Origin: an uncultured virus (IMG/VR IMGVR_UViG_3300025723_000018)
Lineage: Duplodnaviria; Heunggongvirae; Uroviricota; Caudoviricetes
IMG/VR virus record: IMGVR_UViG_3300025723_000018
Length of the DNA stretch: 64,000 nt
Strand: one strand, 5' to 3'
The translations under genes were made by a program, and so were the position numbers. The notes beneath the pieces were generated by a model. The model saw only the letters and a program-made list of their open reading frames with translations. It was not told where the DNA came from and did not search any database. Every line of letters begins with the position of its first letter. Within the stretch, counting starts at the first letter, position 1. This document shows, piece by piece, positions 31,350 to 41,582 of the stretch.

Positions 31350-32036
31350 ATGTCTGTGAAAATTGGTTGGTTTGTAAACAGTGAACCAGCATGGAACGAG
31401 TTGGTATATCAACAACCCGAACCGTTAGCATTGAATCAAGATCATTCTGCTCAATATGTTCGTTGTCCTGCTACAGCACATTATTGTAAAAATACGTTTA
31501 TAATTAGATCAGGTTACGATCTACATCTACGTTTTGATAAAAATACCAAAACGATCAAATATATCGACGGCAGTCTCGATCCTAGTTATGTAAAAGAATT
31601 ACTAGTTCAATTTCACCCCAACGAGTGGCGCAACCCGCACACTCCTATTTTTCAACTACATTTAGATAATGGATTTGTTGCAGACGAACCTGTCTGGATG
31701 GAAGTTTTTCCAGCATTTTATCAAGCTCCTAAGATTCCGGGACATATAATTCCAGGAACATTTGATATCTATAGTTGGCAACGTATGCTTAGTTATAGTT
31801 TTGAATGGATGAATCCTGACGAAGACTATCACATTAGTCGAGGTGATCCACTGTATAGTGTTAGATTCAGATCAAGGGATCCGGGAGATAGTTTTAAAAT
31901 CGAAACAATTAAAATGGACGACCGATTAAAAAACGATATTGGAAAATGTCAAGGTGTTAAGTTTGCTTTAAAAAATTATAGCTGGCGCCTAATGGCCTTA
32001 AATAGAACACTACGCCCAAGGAGATACATTAAATGA
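31350..32036 (+). CDS. Hypothetical protein of a type often found beside phage oxygenase clusters (RCP...I.RG.PL motifs)
   Basis: 228 aa; SD GAGGA; VRCPA, IPGTFDI..W.R, ISRGDPL. Confidence 0.55.
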   Translation: MSVKIGWFVNSEPAWNELVYQQPEPLALNQDHSAQYVRCPATAHYCKNTFIIRSGYDLHLRFDKNTKTIKYIDGSLDPSYVKELLVQFHPNEWRNPHTPIFQLHLDNGFVADEPVWMEVFPAFYQAPKIPGHIIPGTFDIYSWQRMLSYSFEWMNPDEDYHISRGDPLYSVRFRSRDPGDSFKIETIKMDDRLKNDIGKCQGVKFALKNYSWRLMALNRTLRPRRYIK

Positions 32037-32809
32037 ATATGGAATTAATCGACATTTATCCTGTTAAAATTGCTACTTATGATCTAAAGCAATTATTAAC
32101 AGTTGATGAATTTATTTCACTACAAGACGCAATTGAAAATACAAGTGCAGATACACACGAACGTTTGAAAAAACCACAAAGCCCGCCAGCAACAACTGAC
32201 AGTACTTTGTTTTTAAATGAAAATCATTCTGCTCTTATGAAAGTTAAAAAAGATTTTCATGAAAGTTGTATTGCACTTCATGAAGCAAAGTTTCCAAATT
32301 TAGCTGGAAAGTTTCATGTTTACGATAGTATTTGTAAAGGTATTGTTATTAACTCAATGACAACAATGCAAGATACTATGAGCAACTATCCATGGCACTA
32401 TACTGGAATTGCTGTTATTAGAGCTCCTGAAACTTTACCCGAAGGACAAGGGGATATTGTGTTTGTTGATCCACTACCTGTTAGTGAAAAAGGCGACCAA
32501 CATGGTGTAATTGCAAAACGCGGCAATATGACTATATTTCCATCATGGTTGAAATATCGTTTTAGACCAATTGCGTATCAAGAAACTGAATACGATACTG
32601 TCATGATACTAGTTATGAATAGTTTTGTTGTTCATGAAAGATTAGAAGACTATGCAGCTAAAGAACGTGCGGCCTATAAAGGCGAACCAACAGAAGCTCC
32701 ACTATTCCAATTAGGGCCAACAGGTGATCGCGGAGAAACTGAAATTGATATTAAACCTCCTACAGATAGTTCACTTCCATCTGAGGGGATAGATATTGGC
32801 CGTTTCTGA
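32033..32809 (+). CDS. 2OG-Fe(II) oxygenase-like protein (TIGR02466-like), metal ligands apparently lost
   Basis: GDIVFVDP...GNMTIFPSWL motif, but KY replaces the usual distal His and no HxD/HxH is evident. Confidence 0.55.
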   Translation: MNMELIDIYPVKIATYDLKQLLTVDEFISLQDAIENTSADTHERLKKPQSPPATTDSTLFLNENHSALMKVKKDFHESCIALHEAKFPNLAGKFHVYDSICKGIVINSMTTMQDTMSNYPWHYTGIAVIRAPETLPEGQGDIVFVDPLPVSEKGDQHGVIAKRGNMTIFPSWLKYRFRPIAYQETEYDTVMILVMNSFVVHERLEDYAAKERAAYKGEPTEAPLFQLGPTGDRGETEIDIKPPTDSSLPSEGIDIGRF

Positions 32810-33369
32810 TGAAACACATTGTAGTTGACAACATCGTACCTTTACCTTTGCAAGATCAATACGAATATGCTTGCCAAGGGTTTAGCTGGAATTATCTTAT
32901 ATCTACATATAAAGGTACAAATCCAGGTTCTAAGGAAACTGAAGAAATATACGATGTTGGCCAACTAGTTTACCCTATTCATTTTAGAGATTATACGACT
33001 AGCTTTTACTCTCAATTAGATCCGTTAATATCGGCTATATCAAAGATTAAACCTTTATATAAAGATTTGCTAAAAATAAAAGCCAATCTGTTGTGGAGAA
33101 CTAGAGATTCCAATAACCGTTGGAATACACCACATACTGATATAGATAGTGTTGCCAATAAGGATGACATTTTTTGGTCATGTGTGTATTATGTAAATGA
33201 CTCGGACGGTGATACTTGTTTATTTTACGAAAACGAAGTAGTACGAGTATCACCTAAAAAAGGCCGAGCTGTATTATTTCCTTCTAGTTTGTTACATGCA
33301 GGATCTAATCCTACTGTAAGCCAGCAACGTGTGGTCTTTAATATAGTATGGAAAACAACACATGATTAA
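32809..33369 (+). CDS. 2OG-Fe(II) oxygenase
   Basis: PHTD...YYVNDSDGDT...PKKGRAVLFP..LLHAG...R. Confidence 0.85.
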   Translation: MKHIVVDNIVPLPLQDQYEYACQGFSWNYLISTYKGTNPGSKETEEIYDVGQLVYPIHFRDYTTSFYSQLDPLISAISKIKPLYKDLLKIKANLLWRTRDSNNRWNTPHTDIDSVANKDDIFWSCVYYVNDSDGDTCLFYENEVVRVSPKKGRAVLFPSSLLHAGSNPTVSQQRVVFNIVWKTTHD

Positions 33370-34870
33370 AAAAATTGTTATTGTCGGAGGCGGAACAGCA
33401 GGCTGGATTGTAGCTAACTGTATGCAATCATTTACTTTAGACGATATGGAAATTAGTCTATTAGAAAGTGATAAATTACCTACAGTTGGAGTCGGTGAAG
33501 GAACTAGTAGCCACTTTTGGGCATTTTTAAATCGTTGGTGTCCTTGGTTAAATGAAGCAGAATTTATTCGAGAAACAAATGCTACATTTAAAATAGGCAG
33601 CAGATTCGAAGACTGGACACATCCAGGTAGTGTATATACAACTCCTAACGATAATATCGGACATCCTATGGAGTCTAATAACTATTGGCCTCCAGATTTT
33701 GATGCTATGCGAGCTTATGCTGTCTTGCACGGGTTATCAACAAACCCTAGTATTCAAAGTAAATTGATGGACACATTAAAAAGTCCTTATTTTTCAGGAC
33801 AAAGCACTGGACATAGTTACCACTTTGACGCTGCCTTAGCACTAAAATATTTTCATAGTAAAGCAGAAGCTGCAAATATTAAAAGAATTATCGGAACAGT
33901 AGTAGATGCAGATGTAGAAGAATCTGGTCTAGTCAAATGTTTGAATTTAGATGATGGCAGAAAAGTCTATGCTGATATGTTTATCGACTGTACAGGCTTT
34001 TTAAGATTATTTCCTAAGATATTTAATATTAAATTTATTAGTTGGAAGGAACATATCCTCGTAGATCGCGCCATTAACTTTCCTATCCCAATTAAAGAAA
34101 CTGAAAAAATACCTACACATACACTAAGCAAAGCCATGCCAAACGGTTGGCTATGGCGAGTACCTACTTTTACCAGATATGGATCTGGTTACATTTATAG
34201 TAGTGATCACATTACAACTGATCAAGCATTTGATACACTACAAAAAGACTTTGGTGCAGATAGATATCTACAAGAAATTAAGTTTGATACAGGATATTTA
34301 GAAAAAGGATGGGTCAATAATGTTTTATTCAGCGGATTGTGTGCTGGATTTGTTGAACCTATGGAAGCAACTAGCTTGCACAGTAGTATATGTAACCTAT
34401 TAGTGTTCATGAAAGACTATTTTAGACCCGACATGGATTTACTTGATACAAATTTACATAAACGCTACAACGAAAATTACTGGAAACCCTATTGGGAAAG
34501 TGTACGAGATTGGATATTACTACACTACATGGGCGGAAGAGAAGATACTGAATTCTGGCGCACAGTGAAGAATATGAAATTGCCTGATAGTCTTGAAAGT
34601 AAAATGCAACTATGGAAATTTAGACTACCAAGAATTATTGAAACTAGCCACATGGATCAAGTGTGGCAACATACACTAGTATACGGTGTGTTAGACGGTT
34701 TAAAATTGTTAGACAAAAATCTAGCAAAAAAAGAATTAGCCTACTACGATTTAGAACATATAGGTAAAGAGATTTACGAAAAATATAATAATTTAGCAAA
34801 TAAATTATATCTAGGAGCAAAGGATCACAGGAGACATTTAACTGAGATTAGAAACGGGGCCAGTACATGA
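33362..34870 (+). CDS. Flavin-dependent tryptophan halogenase-family protein
   Basis: GGGTAGW FAD motif, VGVGEG, ATFK (catalytic Lys position), GWLWRVP (WxWxIP), FVEPMEAT. Confidence 0.88.
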   Translation: MIKKIVIVGGGTAGWIVANCMQSFTLDDMEISLLESDKLPTVGVGEGTSSHFWAFLNRWCPWLNEAEFIRETNATFKIGSRFEDWTHPGSVYTTPNDNIGHPMESNNYWPPDFDAMRAYAVLHGLSTNPSIQSKLMDTLKSPYFSGQSTGHSYHFDAALALKYFHSKAEAANIKRIIGTVVDADVEESGLVKCLNLDDGRKVYADMFIDCTGFLRLFPKIFNIKFISWKEHILVDRAINFPIPIKETEKIPTHTLSKAMPNGWLWRVPTFTRYGSGYIYSSDHITTDQAFDTLQKDFGADRYLQEIKFDTGYLEKGWVNNVLFSGLCAGFVEPMEATSLHSSICNLLVFMKDYFRPDMDLLDTNLHKRYNENYWKPYWESVRDWILLHYMGGREDTEFWRTVKNMKLPDSLESKMQLWKFRLPRIIETSHMDQVWQHTLVYGVLDGLKLLDKNLAKKELAYYDLEHIGKEIYEKYNNLANKLYLGAKDHRRHLTEIRNGAST

Positions 34871-36312
34871 AGAAATTTTTTATAGCAGGTGGTGGAACAG
34901 CAGGGTGGGTAGTAGCTAGTATGTTAGCTGCACTTTATAAAGGTTGTGATATTACTTTGGTAGAAAGTCAAGATATTGGCACTATTGGTGTTGGTGAAAG
35001 TACAACTCCTGCTATATTAGATTTTTTAAATCTCAGCGGAATTAATCTAATTGATTTTATAAATTATACCGACAGCACTATTAAAGTTGGAATTAATTTT
35101 GAAAATTGGACAGGCACTGATAACAAATATTTTCACGGTAATAGAGATTATCTACACAGCTTTGATCTTACTAAACAAAATGATTTCTGGGGAGTAAGTT
35201 ACTTACACGATTTTTTAGAAGACGAACACAAGTACAGTAATTATGTAAGAGATAATCTAGTTCCTTTTAATCGTAAAGGATATCAAGTTGGCGCCCATGC
35301 TCTTCATATCAATGCCAACAAATTAGTAGAATATTTGCGTAAATTCTTACAAGGAAAAGTAACTGTAAAAGAAGGGTTGATTACAGAAGTTAAAAAAGAC
35401 GAACAAGGAATCTCTAGTGTAAAATTAGAAAGCGGTGAGGTATTTTCTGCAGATGTTTATTTTGATTGTACTGGATTCAAGCGTGTAATACATCAACATG
35501 TCGATTCAAAATGGCATAGTCTTAAAGATTTGCTACCAGTAAATAGGGCTATCCCAAGTCCATTTGATTGGAACGATCCTATGAATACTACACACTCTAG
35601 TGCATTGTCATCTGGATGGGTATGGCAAGTTCCGTTAAGCAATCGTGTAGGTTCAGGATACGTATACAGTGAAGAGTTTAGCAAGGACCCAGAAGCAGAA
35701 TTTGTAGAATATATTAAACAAAAATATAATCGAGTTGTAGAACCTACACGTACAATTAAATTCGAAGCAGGGTATGTAAAGAACCCTTGGTCAAAAAATG
35801 TGGTATGTGTCGGTTTAAGTAGCGGGTTTGTAGAACCATTAGAAAGCACAAGCATACACATGATGTTTCATCAGATTATGTGTTTTTCTCAACTATATGA
35901 TGGCTTAATTAGTGCTAACATCAATAATGTTTACAATAGTTATATGATAGACATGTACGATGATACAGCTAGCTTTGTTAAAATGCACTATCTTGGCGGT
36001 AGAAATGATACTGAATTTTGGAAGTATATGCAGAATTCAAAAAATACTCCTAGGCTAGACAACTTATTATCTATATGGAATAATCATTTCCCAACAGCAG
36101 ATCATATTGGACAAAATAAAGACCGTGTAGTCGGTTATAGATTGTTTGCATTACCTGCCTGGATACAAGTATTAGTTGGGATGAAAATTATTGACAAGTC
36201 TTTGATTAAAAAATATATCGATTTTAATCAAATACCTAAGAGTGAAGTAGTAGAAGAACAGTTAGTTACACAACGAGAGTTCTTAAAGGCTATACAAAAT
36301 CGGGCCCAATAA
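34867..36312 (+). CDS. Flavin-dependent tryptophan halogenase-family protein
   Basis: GGGTAGW, IGVGES, STIK, GWVWQVP, FVEPLEST. Confidence 0.88.
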   Translation: MKKFFIAGGGTAGWVVASMLAALYKGCDITLVESQDIGTIGVGESTTPAILDFLNLSGINLIDFINYTDSTIKVGINFENWTGTDNKYFHGNRDYLHSFDLTKQNDFWGVSYLHDFLEDEHKYSNYVRDNLVPFNRKGYQVGAHALHINANKLVEYLRKFLQGKVTVKEGLITEVKKDEQGISSVKLESGEVFSADVYFDCTGFKRVIHQHVDSKWHSLKDLLPVNRAIPSPFDWNDPMNTTHSSALSSGWVWQVPLSNRVGSGYVYSEEFSKDPEAEFVEYIKQKYNRVVEPTRTIKFEAGYVKNPWSKNVVCVGLSSGFVEPLESTSIHMMFHQIMCFSQLYDGLISANINNVYNSYMIDMYDDTASFVKMHYLGGRNDTEFWKYMQNSKNTPRLDNLLSIWNNHFPTADHIGQNKDRVVGYRLFALPAWIQVLVGMKIIDKSLIKKYIDFNQIPKSEVVEEQLVTQREFLKAIQNRAQ

Positions 36313-36901
36313 CCCAGCCAACTAAAGACTTTCTTACACCTTTAGTAACAGGAGTTACGCTATGAGGTAAGAACGAAGGGAAGAACACAATCTCATTTTG
36401 TTTTAATCTAACAATATTACCAGGATTGGAATCGTGAAATACTAAATTTCCACCTTCAAATTCACTAGGATCATTTAGTTGGATACTGAAAGATAACTTT
36501 CTGCATCTACCGTTTTCTCCTTTAAGAGTTGCATCGGTATGCATGTCGTAAAATCCTTGATCTTCCGAACGATATATAGAATACTGTAGTGTTTGAATAT
36601 GTGTTAGTGCAAACTTATAATAGCCAGCATTAACTTCATTTACAGCATCGGATAATCTTTTATAGATGTTGTCAAATGTAGGAGTTTCTTCTAAGAATAC
36701 GATATCTGTTCTGCGAAGTCGACTATTTCTAGATCCACCGTTTTCTTTTATCTTAGCAGAAATTATTTGCTCAGGATGTTGAGATATATAATTTTCTATA
36801 AAATTGTGTTGCTCTTGAGTAAAAATATCTCTTGATACAACACACCATGCATCTTTAGTTTTAGATGGATGTTCTAAAGCCCACATATCACTTATTGCCA
36901 A
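36290..36901 (-). CDS. 2OG-Fe(II) oxygenase (prolyl-4-hydroxylase/PKHD-like)
   Basis: YDMHTD, RKLSFSIQL, FEGG, FPSFLPHSVTPVTKGVRKSLVGW. Confidence 0.88.
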   Translation of the reverse strand: MAISDMWALEHPSKTKDAWCVVSRDIFTQEQHNFIENYISQHPEQIISAKIKENGGSRNSRLRRTDIVFLEETPTFDNIYKRLSDAVNEVNAGYYKFALTHIQTLQYSIYRSEDQGFYDMHTDATLKGENGRCRKLSFSIQLNDPSEFEGGNLVFHDSNPGNIVRLKQNEIVFFPSFLPHSVTPVTKGVRKSLVGWVIGPDFV

Positions 36902-37808
36902 AAGATCCTGGTAGATTCTTTGGAATGTTTACACTAGTTCTAAAACTCATTAAGTTTTCGTCGATTATAAAACCAAGTTCTAGCTCAGTTTTTTCTTCCA
37001 TAATTGTATATTGGTTAAATCTTAAAAAACTATTACCCCAGTGACGTTCAATCGAAGGACGATACAAATTTAAACGAGAGCCGTTAGATACTATATAAGG
37101 CTTGACCCATATACTATCGATTCTAGTAGATTTTTTGAATACGTTACGTTGTTCTAATATACCTTCGGGGTAATTGTAAAAATCCCAAGGACCAAAATTA
37201 AGCCAATCATTATGGTCGTCTGGTATTACATCCTCGACAATAGTTTGCCCAGTTTGCATTGCTTCTTCAAATGTAGAACCTAAAGAATGTATATAGTTTA
37301 TAGAATCAACATTGTCGCTATCATAAAATTTAAATTCAAATCCAAAACTATCAGGTACTAGTTTACCATCAGGCTTGAGCCATTTTTTAACATCGTTTAA
37401 TGTATGCAGACACATTTCGTCTAATAAAAATGGTCCAAAAATTTCATGAATAATTACATCTACCTGTTCAGGCAACTCTAGTGCCCAACTGGCAGATTCT
37501 ATAATTTCAAGATTATCTAATTTTTCTTCGTCTTTTAATTTTTGCAATACTTGTACGGCTACTGGATTTGCTTCGACAGCATACACTTTACTAGCGCCTG
37601 CTCGGATAGCATACAAAGATAGTAAACCTAATCCTGCACCGATATCTAACACAACTTTTCCCTTGCAAGAATGTTTGATAGACTTTTCGTAGAATAAATT
37701 TCTAGTCTTATCTGTCATTAATCCTCGATACGAGCCAACACCTGTGTAATAGGCTTGTATTTGCCCCATTCTAAAATTTTGAAAATCTTCTAGTTGTTCT
37801 TTATTCAT
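36888..37808 (-). CDS. SAM-dependent methyltransferase resembling protein-arginine methyltransferases (PRMT-like)
   Basis: LMTDKTRN..Y, VLDIGAGLGLLS, KVYAVEA, LPEQVDVIIHE.....LLDE (double-E loop), RHW (THW-like). Confidence 0.75.
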   Translation of the reverse strand: MNKEQLEDFQNFRMGQIQAYYTGVGSYRGLMTDKTRNLFYEKSIKHSCKGKVVLDIGAGLGLLSLYAIRAGASKVYAVEANPVAVQVLQKLKDEEKLDNLEIIESASWALELPEQVDVIIHEIFGPFLLDEMCLHTLNDVKKWLKPDGKLVPDSFGFEFKFYDSDNVDSINYIHSLGSTFEEAMQTGQTIVEDVIPDDHNDWLNFGPWDFYNYPEGILEQRNVFKKSTRIDSIWVKPYIVSNGSRLNLYRPSIERHWGNSFLRFNQYTIMEEKTELELGFIIDENLMSFRTSVNIPKNLPGSFGNK

Positions 37809-38416
37809 TTTAAGTCCACATTAAAAGCGATACATCTTCGTTCGCCGTCACCCTTGAAAGGATAAACTGTATGCATTATATATGCCGGAAATATGTACAT
37901 ATCCCCTACTCTTGGACAAATTGCTCTTGGGCCAAGATTTTGTAAACTAGGAACATGAAAATTGCCAAATATAAAATGCAAACAACCATCCAAGCCGTTA
38001 TTACCATTTTTTTGTATAGTGTTGTATGAGTCTTGAATTTGTTTTGGAACTTTAAGATATAAAATACCACTGAGTAATGCATCGTGTGTATGTACTGGAT
38101 TATAGTCACCGGCATATTGACTAACAATCCAAGATTTTCTAACTTCTAAATGCCTAGCTTCTATGTTTCTAAAAAATGGATCATAACTAGATTTTAAATA
38201 ATCCACAACATATGGTAGTACATCAAACGATTCTGAAAACTCAAATTCTCGTTGTTCGCCTTCTTGTATTAGCCCAGCTAAAATAGGGCTCATGTCTGCA
38301 CCTGTTTTAAGGTATTCGTCAGACTCTTTTAATAAACTATCTATTTCAGTTTGTTTTAATTTGGCCTTTAAAATATCTAAGGACCAAAGTTTACTAATCT
38401 CAGCAAATCTAGCCAT
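37805..38416 (-). CDS. Putative 2OG-Fe(II) oxygenase (TIGR02466-like)
   Basis: YNPVHTH, LSGILYL, IFPAYIMHTVYPF, RRCIAFN. Confidence 0.85.
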   Translation of the reverse strand: MARFAEISKLWSLDILKAKLKQTEIDSLLKESDEYLKTGADMSPILAGLIQEGEQREFEFSESFDVLPYVVDYLKSSYDPFFRNIEARHLEVRKSWIVSQYAGDYNPVHTHDALLSGILYLKVPKQIQDSYNTIQKNGNNGLDGCLHFIFGNFHVPSLQNLGPRAICPRVGDMYIFPAYIMHTVYPFKGDGERRCIAFNVDLK

Positions 38417-39029
38417 TTAATAATTCCTTTTTAATTAATTGCTTTAAGGACGAACGCATAGTATTGAAACTAATTGTAATTCTTTCTTTAGTTTTGTTTC
38501 TTTCTGTATAATGTAATAACCAGCTAGGAAATAATACTAGCATTCCGGGCTGACATGGAAATTCTATTTGTCCAGCGCCGTATGTTGTTTCTTTAGCTAG
38601 TATGTCGTTCATTTTAAAAGGGCGAAGCGGAGTTTCAAAAAACAAACTACAACTACCAGATTCTGCATATGGGTAAAATGCTCCGCTTATAACACTACCT
38701 TCATGTCTGTGAGGAGTTACTTTACCATCTTGTCCAATGATATTAAACCAACTATCAGTGACCACACAAGTCTCTAACCCAGTTTTATCAGTATAAGTAT
38801 CTAGGGCAATTTGTACGTCTGTAAAAAAATCAGATAATTCAGGAACATTTTTTAAATTCTGGTCAGCACCGCCGTAACTAGATTGGCCGTTTACGACTAA
38901 TACATGCTCACGAGTATTCATAGACCGTATTGTATTAACTAGTGTTGAATTGGTATGTTTGGTAAAATCAAAACCTATAACAATAGTTGGAAATAATTCG
39001 TAAACTTTATGATTTATTTTCTTTTCCAT
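38409..39029 (-). CDS. Putative 2OG-Fe(II) oxygenase (TIGR02466-like)
   Basis: SWFN, PHRH, ISGAFY, LFPSWLLH, RITISFN. Confidence 0.85.
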   Translation of the reverse strand: MEKKINHKVYELFPTIVIGFDFTKHTNSTLVNTIRSMNTREHVLVVNGQSSYGGADQNLKNVPELSDFFTDVQIALDTYTDKTGLETCVVTDSWFNIIGQDGKVTPHRHEGSVISGAFYPYAESGSCSLFFETPLRPFKMNDILAKETTYGAGQIEFPCQPGMLVLFPSWLLHYTERNKTKERITISFNTMRSSLKQLIKKELLNG

Positions 39030-39568
39030 ACTGTATTCAATGTTAACCTATATTGATCGGCTTCTAATGGCGGTTGTGTACCTACATGCGGAATAATACT
39101 ATCAAACATAGCAACTCTTCCGGGAACAAAATCCGATACAAATTCAATATCAGATAAATCATTAGTTCTCCATACTGTGGGACAGTGCCAGTTTACATTC
39201 CAAGAGACATTTAAATAATAAAGAACACTAACAAAGCCTTCAGTTCTTGAATCGCTATGATAGCGAAGTCGATCAATTGGTGTTGCTAAATTCATCCATG
39301 ACCTGCTAAACTCGTAGTCTTTTAGCTGATCAGTAACGACTTTCATACCGGGTAAACTAAACAATCCAAATGATTTTAAACTTTCTTCGGTCCATAGAGA
39401 TTTAATTAAAAAACTGGCTTTTTGATCTGTTAGTAGTGTATCAAAACCGGTCGAAATCATAAACGGAATTTGTCTTATTTGCTCAAACAAACTGCAACGT
39501 TCGTGATAACTTAATAAATTATCATAAAGTTTAATGCTATGTCCAGATTGTGTAGTATGTTCTTTCAT
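39014..39568 (-). CDS. 2OG-Fe(II) oxygenase
   Basis: YHSD, LYYLN..W, PGRVAMFDS.IPH, R. Confidence 0.8.
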   Translation of the reverse strand: MKEHTTQSGHSIKLYDNLLSYHERCSLFEQIRQIPFMISTGFDTLLTDQKASFLIKSLWTEESLKSFGLFSLPGMKVVTDQLKDYEFSRSWMNLATPIDRLRYHSDSRTEGFVSVLYYLNVSWNVNWHCPTVWRTNDLSDIEFVSDFVPGRVAMFDSIIPHVGTQPPLEADQYRLTLNTVWKRK

Positions 39569-40140
39569 ATAAAATTAAAAGCAATTGATATTCTAGCATC
39601 ATTTTTATCAGTTGTCAAGTTCTGTCCTACACTATGACGAACCCAACTAGGAAATATTACCAATTTTGATTCTTCTGGCTCTAGCATCAATGCCTGAGCG
39701 GTATATTCATTTTCTTGTTCAAAAAATTGGAGGAAAAATTCACTATCGTCTTGTCTTTCTAAAATAAGATCACCACAATTTACAGGACATTTTACATAAT
39801 AGGTACAACTAAAAAATGACAAAGTATGATTGTGAGATATATTATAATTGTTTCGATTGTTTACATTGAACCAATAATTAGATAACTTAGGAATCCTGCT
39901 ATTTCCAAATTTTTCATATATAACTTTTAATCTGCCTTGTATTTCAGCAATTAGTTTTTCGGTAACAGGTCCAACAGGTTTAGATAACGGGCGACTTTGC
40001 CACCCTCCATTATTGCTTACTTGTATAGGTGTATTTTTTTCAGAATAAATTTTTCTGCATTCTTCAATCAACTGAGCATTGTCTATATTTGTAATATAGT
40101 CTTCGTATATTTCTGTTGGGAATAAAAATGCACTTTTCAT
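39565..40140 (-). CDS. Putative 2OG-Fe(II) oxygenase (TIGR02466-like)
   Basis: SN.GGWQS, WFNVN, SHNH, IFPSWVRHSV, RISIAFN. Confidence 0.87.
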   Translation of the reverse strand: MKSAFLFPTEIYEDYITNIDNAQLIEECRKIYSEKNTPIQVSNNGGWQSRPLSKPVGPVTEKLIAEIQGRLKVIYEKFGNSRIPKLSNYWFNVNNRNNYNISHNHTLSFFSCTYYVKCPVNCGDLILERQDDSEFFLQFFEQENEYTAQALMLEPEESKLVIFPSWVRHSVGQNLTTDKNDARISIAFNFI

Positions 40141-41582
40141 CGTAATATACTATCAATAAATTTTCTATGATCTACAGCCCTAGTGAGATCTTGTGCCCTA
40201 CGCTGTCTAATAGAGTAGGATTCTTGCCTAGCACGTTCTAATAAATTTCTTTGTGTTAATATTTTCTTTATTTTATCTCTATTGCATTTTTTAAGACCTA
40301 CTGCAACTCTTGTAAAATTTCCAAAACTAAACATTACACCTAAACTATCATAAAATGTTAAAAAATCCATTTGAGCTTTTTCATCTAGATCTGCAACTAT
40401 GCTTGGAGTATTATTGGTCATATAACGCCAAAACTCGCTATCTGTTCTCTTTGTAGTATAACAGAATCTCAAATACAAGTATACATTTTCATAAAATTCT
40501 TGCATAATTTTATTGTAATTAATTCTATCTAAACTACAATAACCTAAACTGTTTAAATGTACAAACTGCCTAACTTGCTCAACTGTGTGATGTATGTTTG
40601 TTGCTTCTAATGGTTCTGTGAATCCGCTTGCTAGTCCAACAGCAATACAATTTCCAACCCATTGATCCTTCCAGTATCCGCTTTTAAAAGATAGTACACG
40701 GCTAGTGTTGGTTAAATCTTTTTGATAAGTTTGTTTAGTCCACTGAGAAAATTTACTAAATGCTTCATCGTCGGATGTAAATTCGCTAGAATACAAATAA
40801 CCTGCTCCCCAACGATTGCTTAACGGTACTTGTAGTATCCACCCATCTGCGCTTGCTTCTGACGTTGTATAAGGAGGTTGTTTTGTAAATTCATATTCAA
40901 CTGGATTAGGAATACAGCGGTCGATTGGCAACCAATCACTTTTGTCAACCCACTCTGTATTCATGTGTTTCATCAGTACAGTTTGAAATCCGCTAGCATC
41001 TATATAAAAATCAGCTGATAATTTACGCCCGTCATTTAGTACTATATGATCTATATTTTCATTATTCTTTACTACTGAGTCTACAACACCGTCTGTAATA
41101 GTTAATTCATTTCGAAATTTATTTTCAATATAACGACTAAACAATACAGCATCTATATGTAGTGCTTGTCCTGCATTTGGATCTCCAGGAATTAATCCAT
41201 TGTCCATATATGCGGCATTATACGAAGTATCTGAATCATACTGGTTGTGTGCAATGTCATAAGCAGCTACTAAATTGTAGTAACTGTCTTGATACTGGCT
41301 AAAATTATGATAATAATGTTTACCATCATTTAACCAATTTTTAAATTTAAGTCCTAATTTAACAGTGGCATTAACATTTTTAATTAGTTCTTCTCTTGTA
41401 ATTCCTACAAGATCTAAATATTCATAAATTACAGGAGTAAGACTTTCCCCAACACCAATTCCAGGTTTGCTGTGGTCATATACTAGTGTAACATCTACAT
41501 TAGATTTCCAATATTTTTTAATATAAGTGGCGGCCATAATACCTGCGGTACCCCCACCTACAACTAAAATTTTATAAGTCAT
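40137..41582 (-). CDS. Flavin-dependent tryptophan halogenase-family protein (variant WxWxIP motif)
   Basis: GGGTAG, IGVGES, ATVK, GWILQVP, FTEPLEAT. Confidence 0.85.
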   Translation of the reverse strand: MTYKILVVGGGTAGIMAATYIKKYWKSNVDVTLVYDHSKPGIGVGESLTPVIYEYLDLVGITREELIKNVNATVKLGLKFKNWLNDGKHYYHNFSQYQDSYYNLVAAYDIAHNQYDSDTSYNAAYMDNGLIPGDPNAGQALHIDAVLFSRYIENKFRNELTITDGVVDSVVKNNENIDHIVLNDGRKLSADFYIDASGFQTVLMKHMNTEWVDKSDWLPIDRCIPNPVEYEFTKQPPYTTSEASADGWILQVPLSNRWGAGYLYSSEFTSDDEAFSKFSQWTKQTYQKDLTNTSRVLSFKSGYWKDQWVGNCIAVGLASGFTEPLEATNIHHTVEQVRQFVHLNSLGYCSLDRINYNKIMQEFYENVYLYLRFCYTTKRTDSEFWRYMTNNTPSIVADLDEKAQMDFLTFYDSLGVMFSFGNFTRVAVGLKKCNRDKIKKILTQRNLLERARQESYSIRQRRAQDLTRAVDHRKFIDSILR

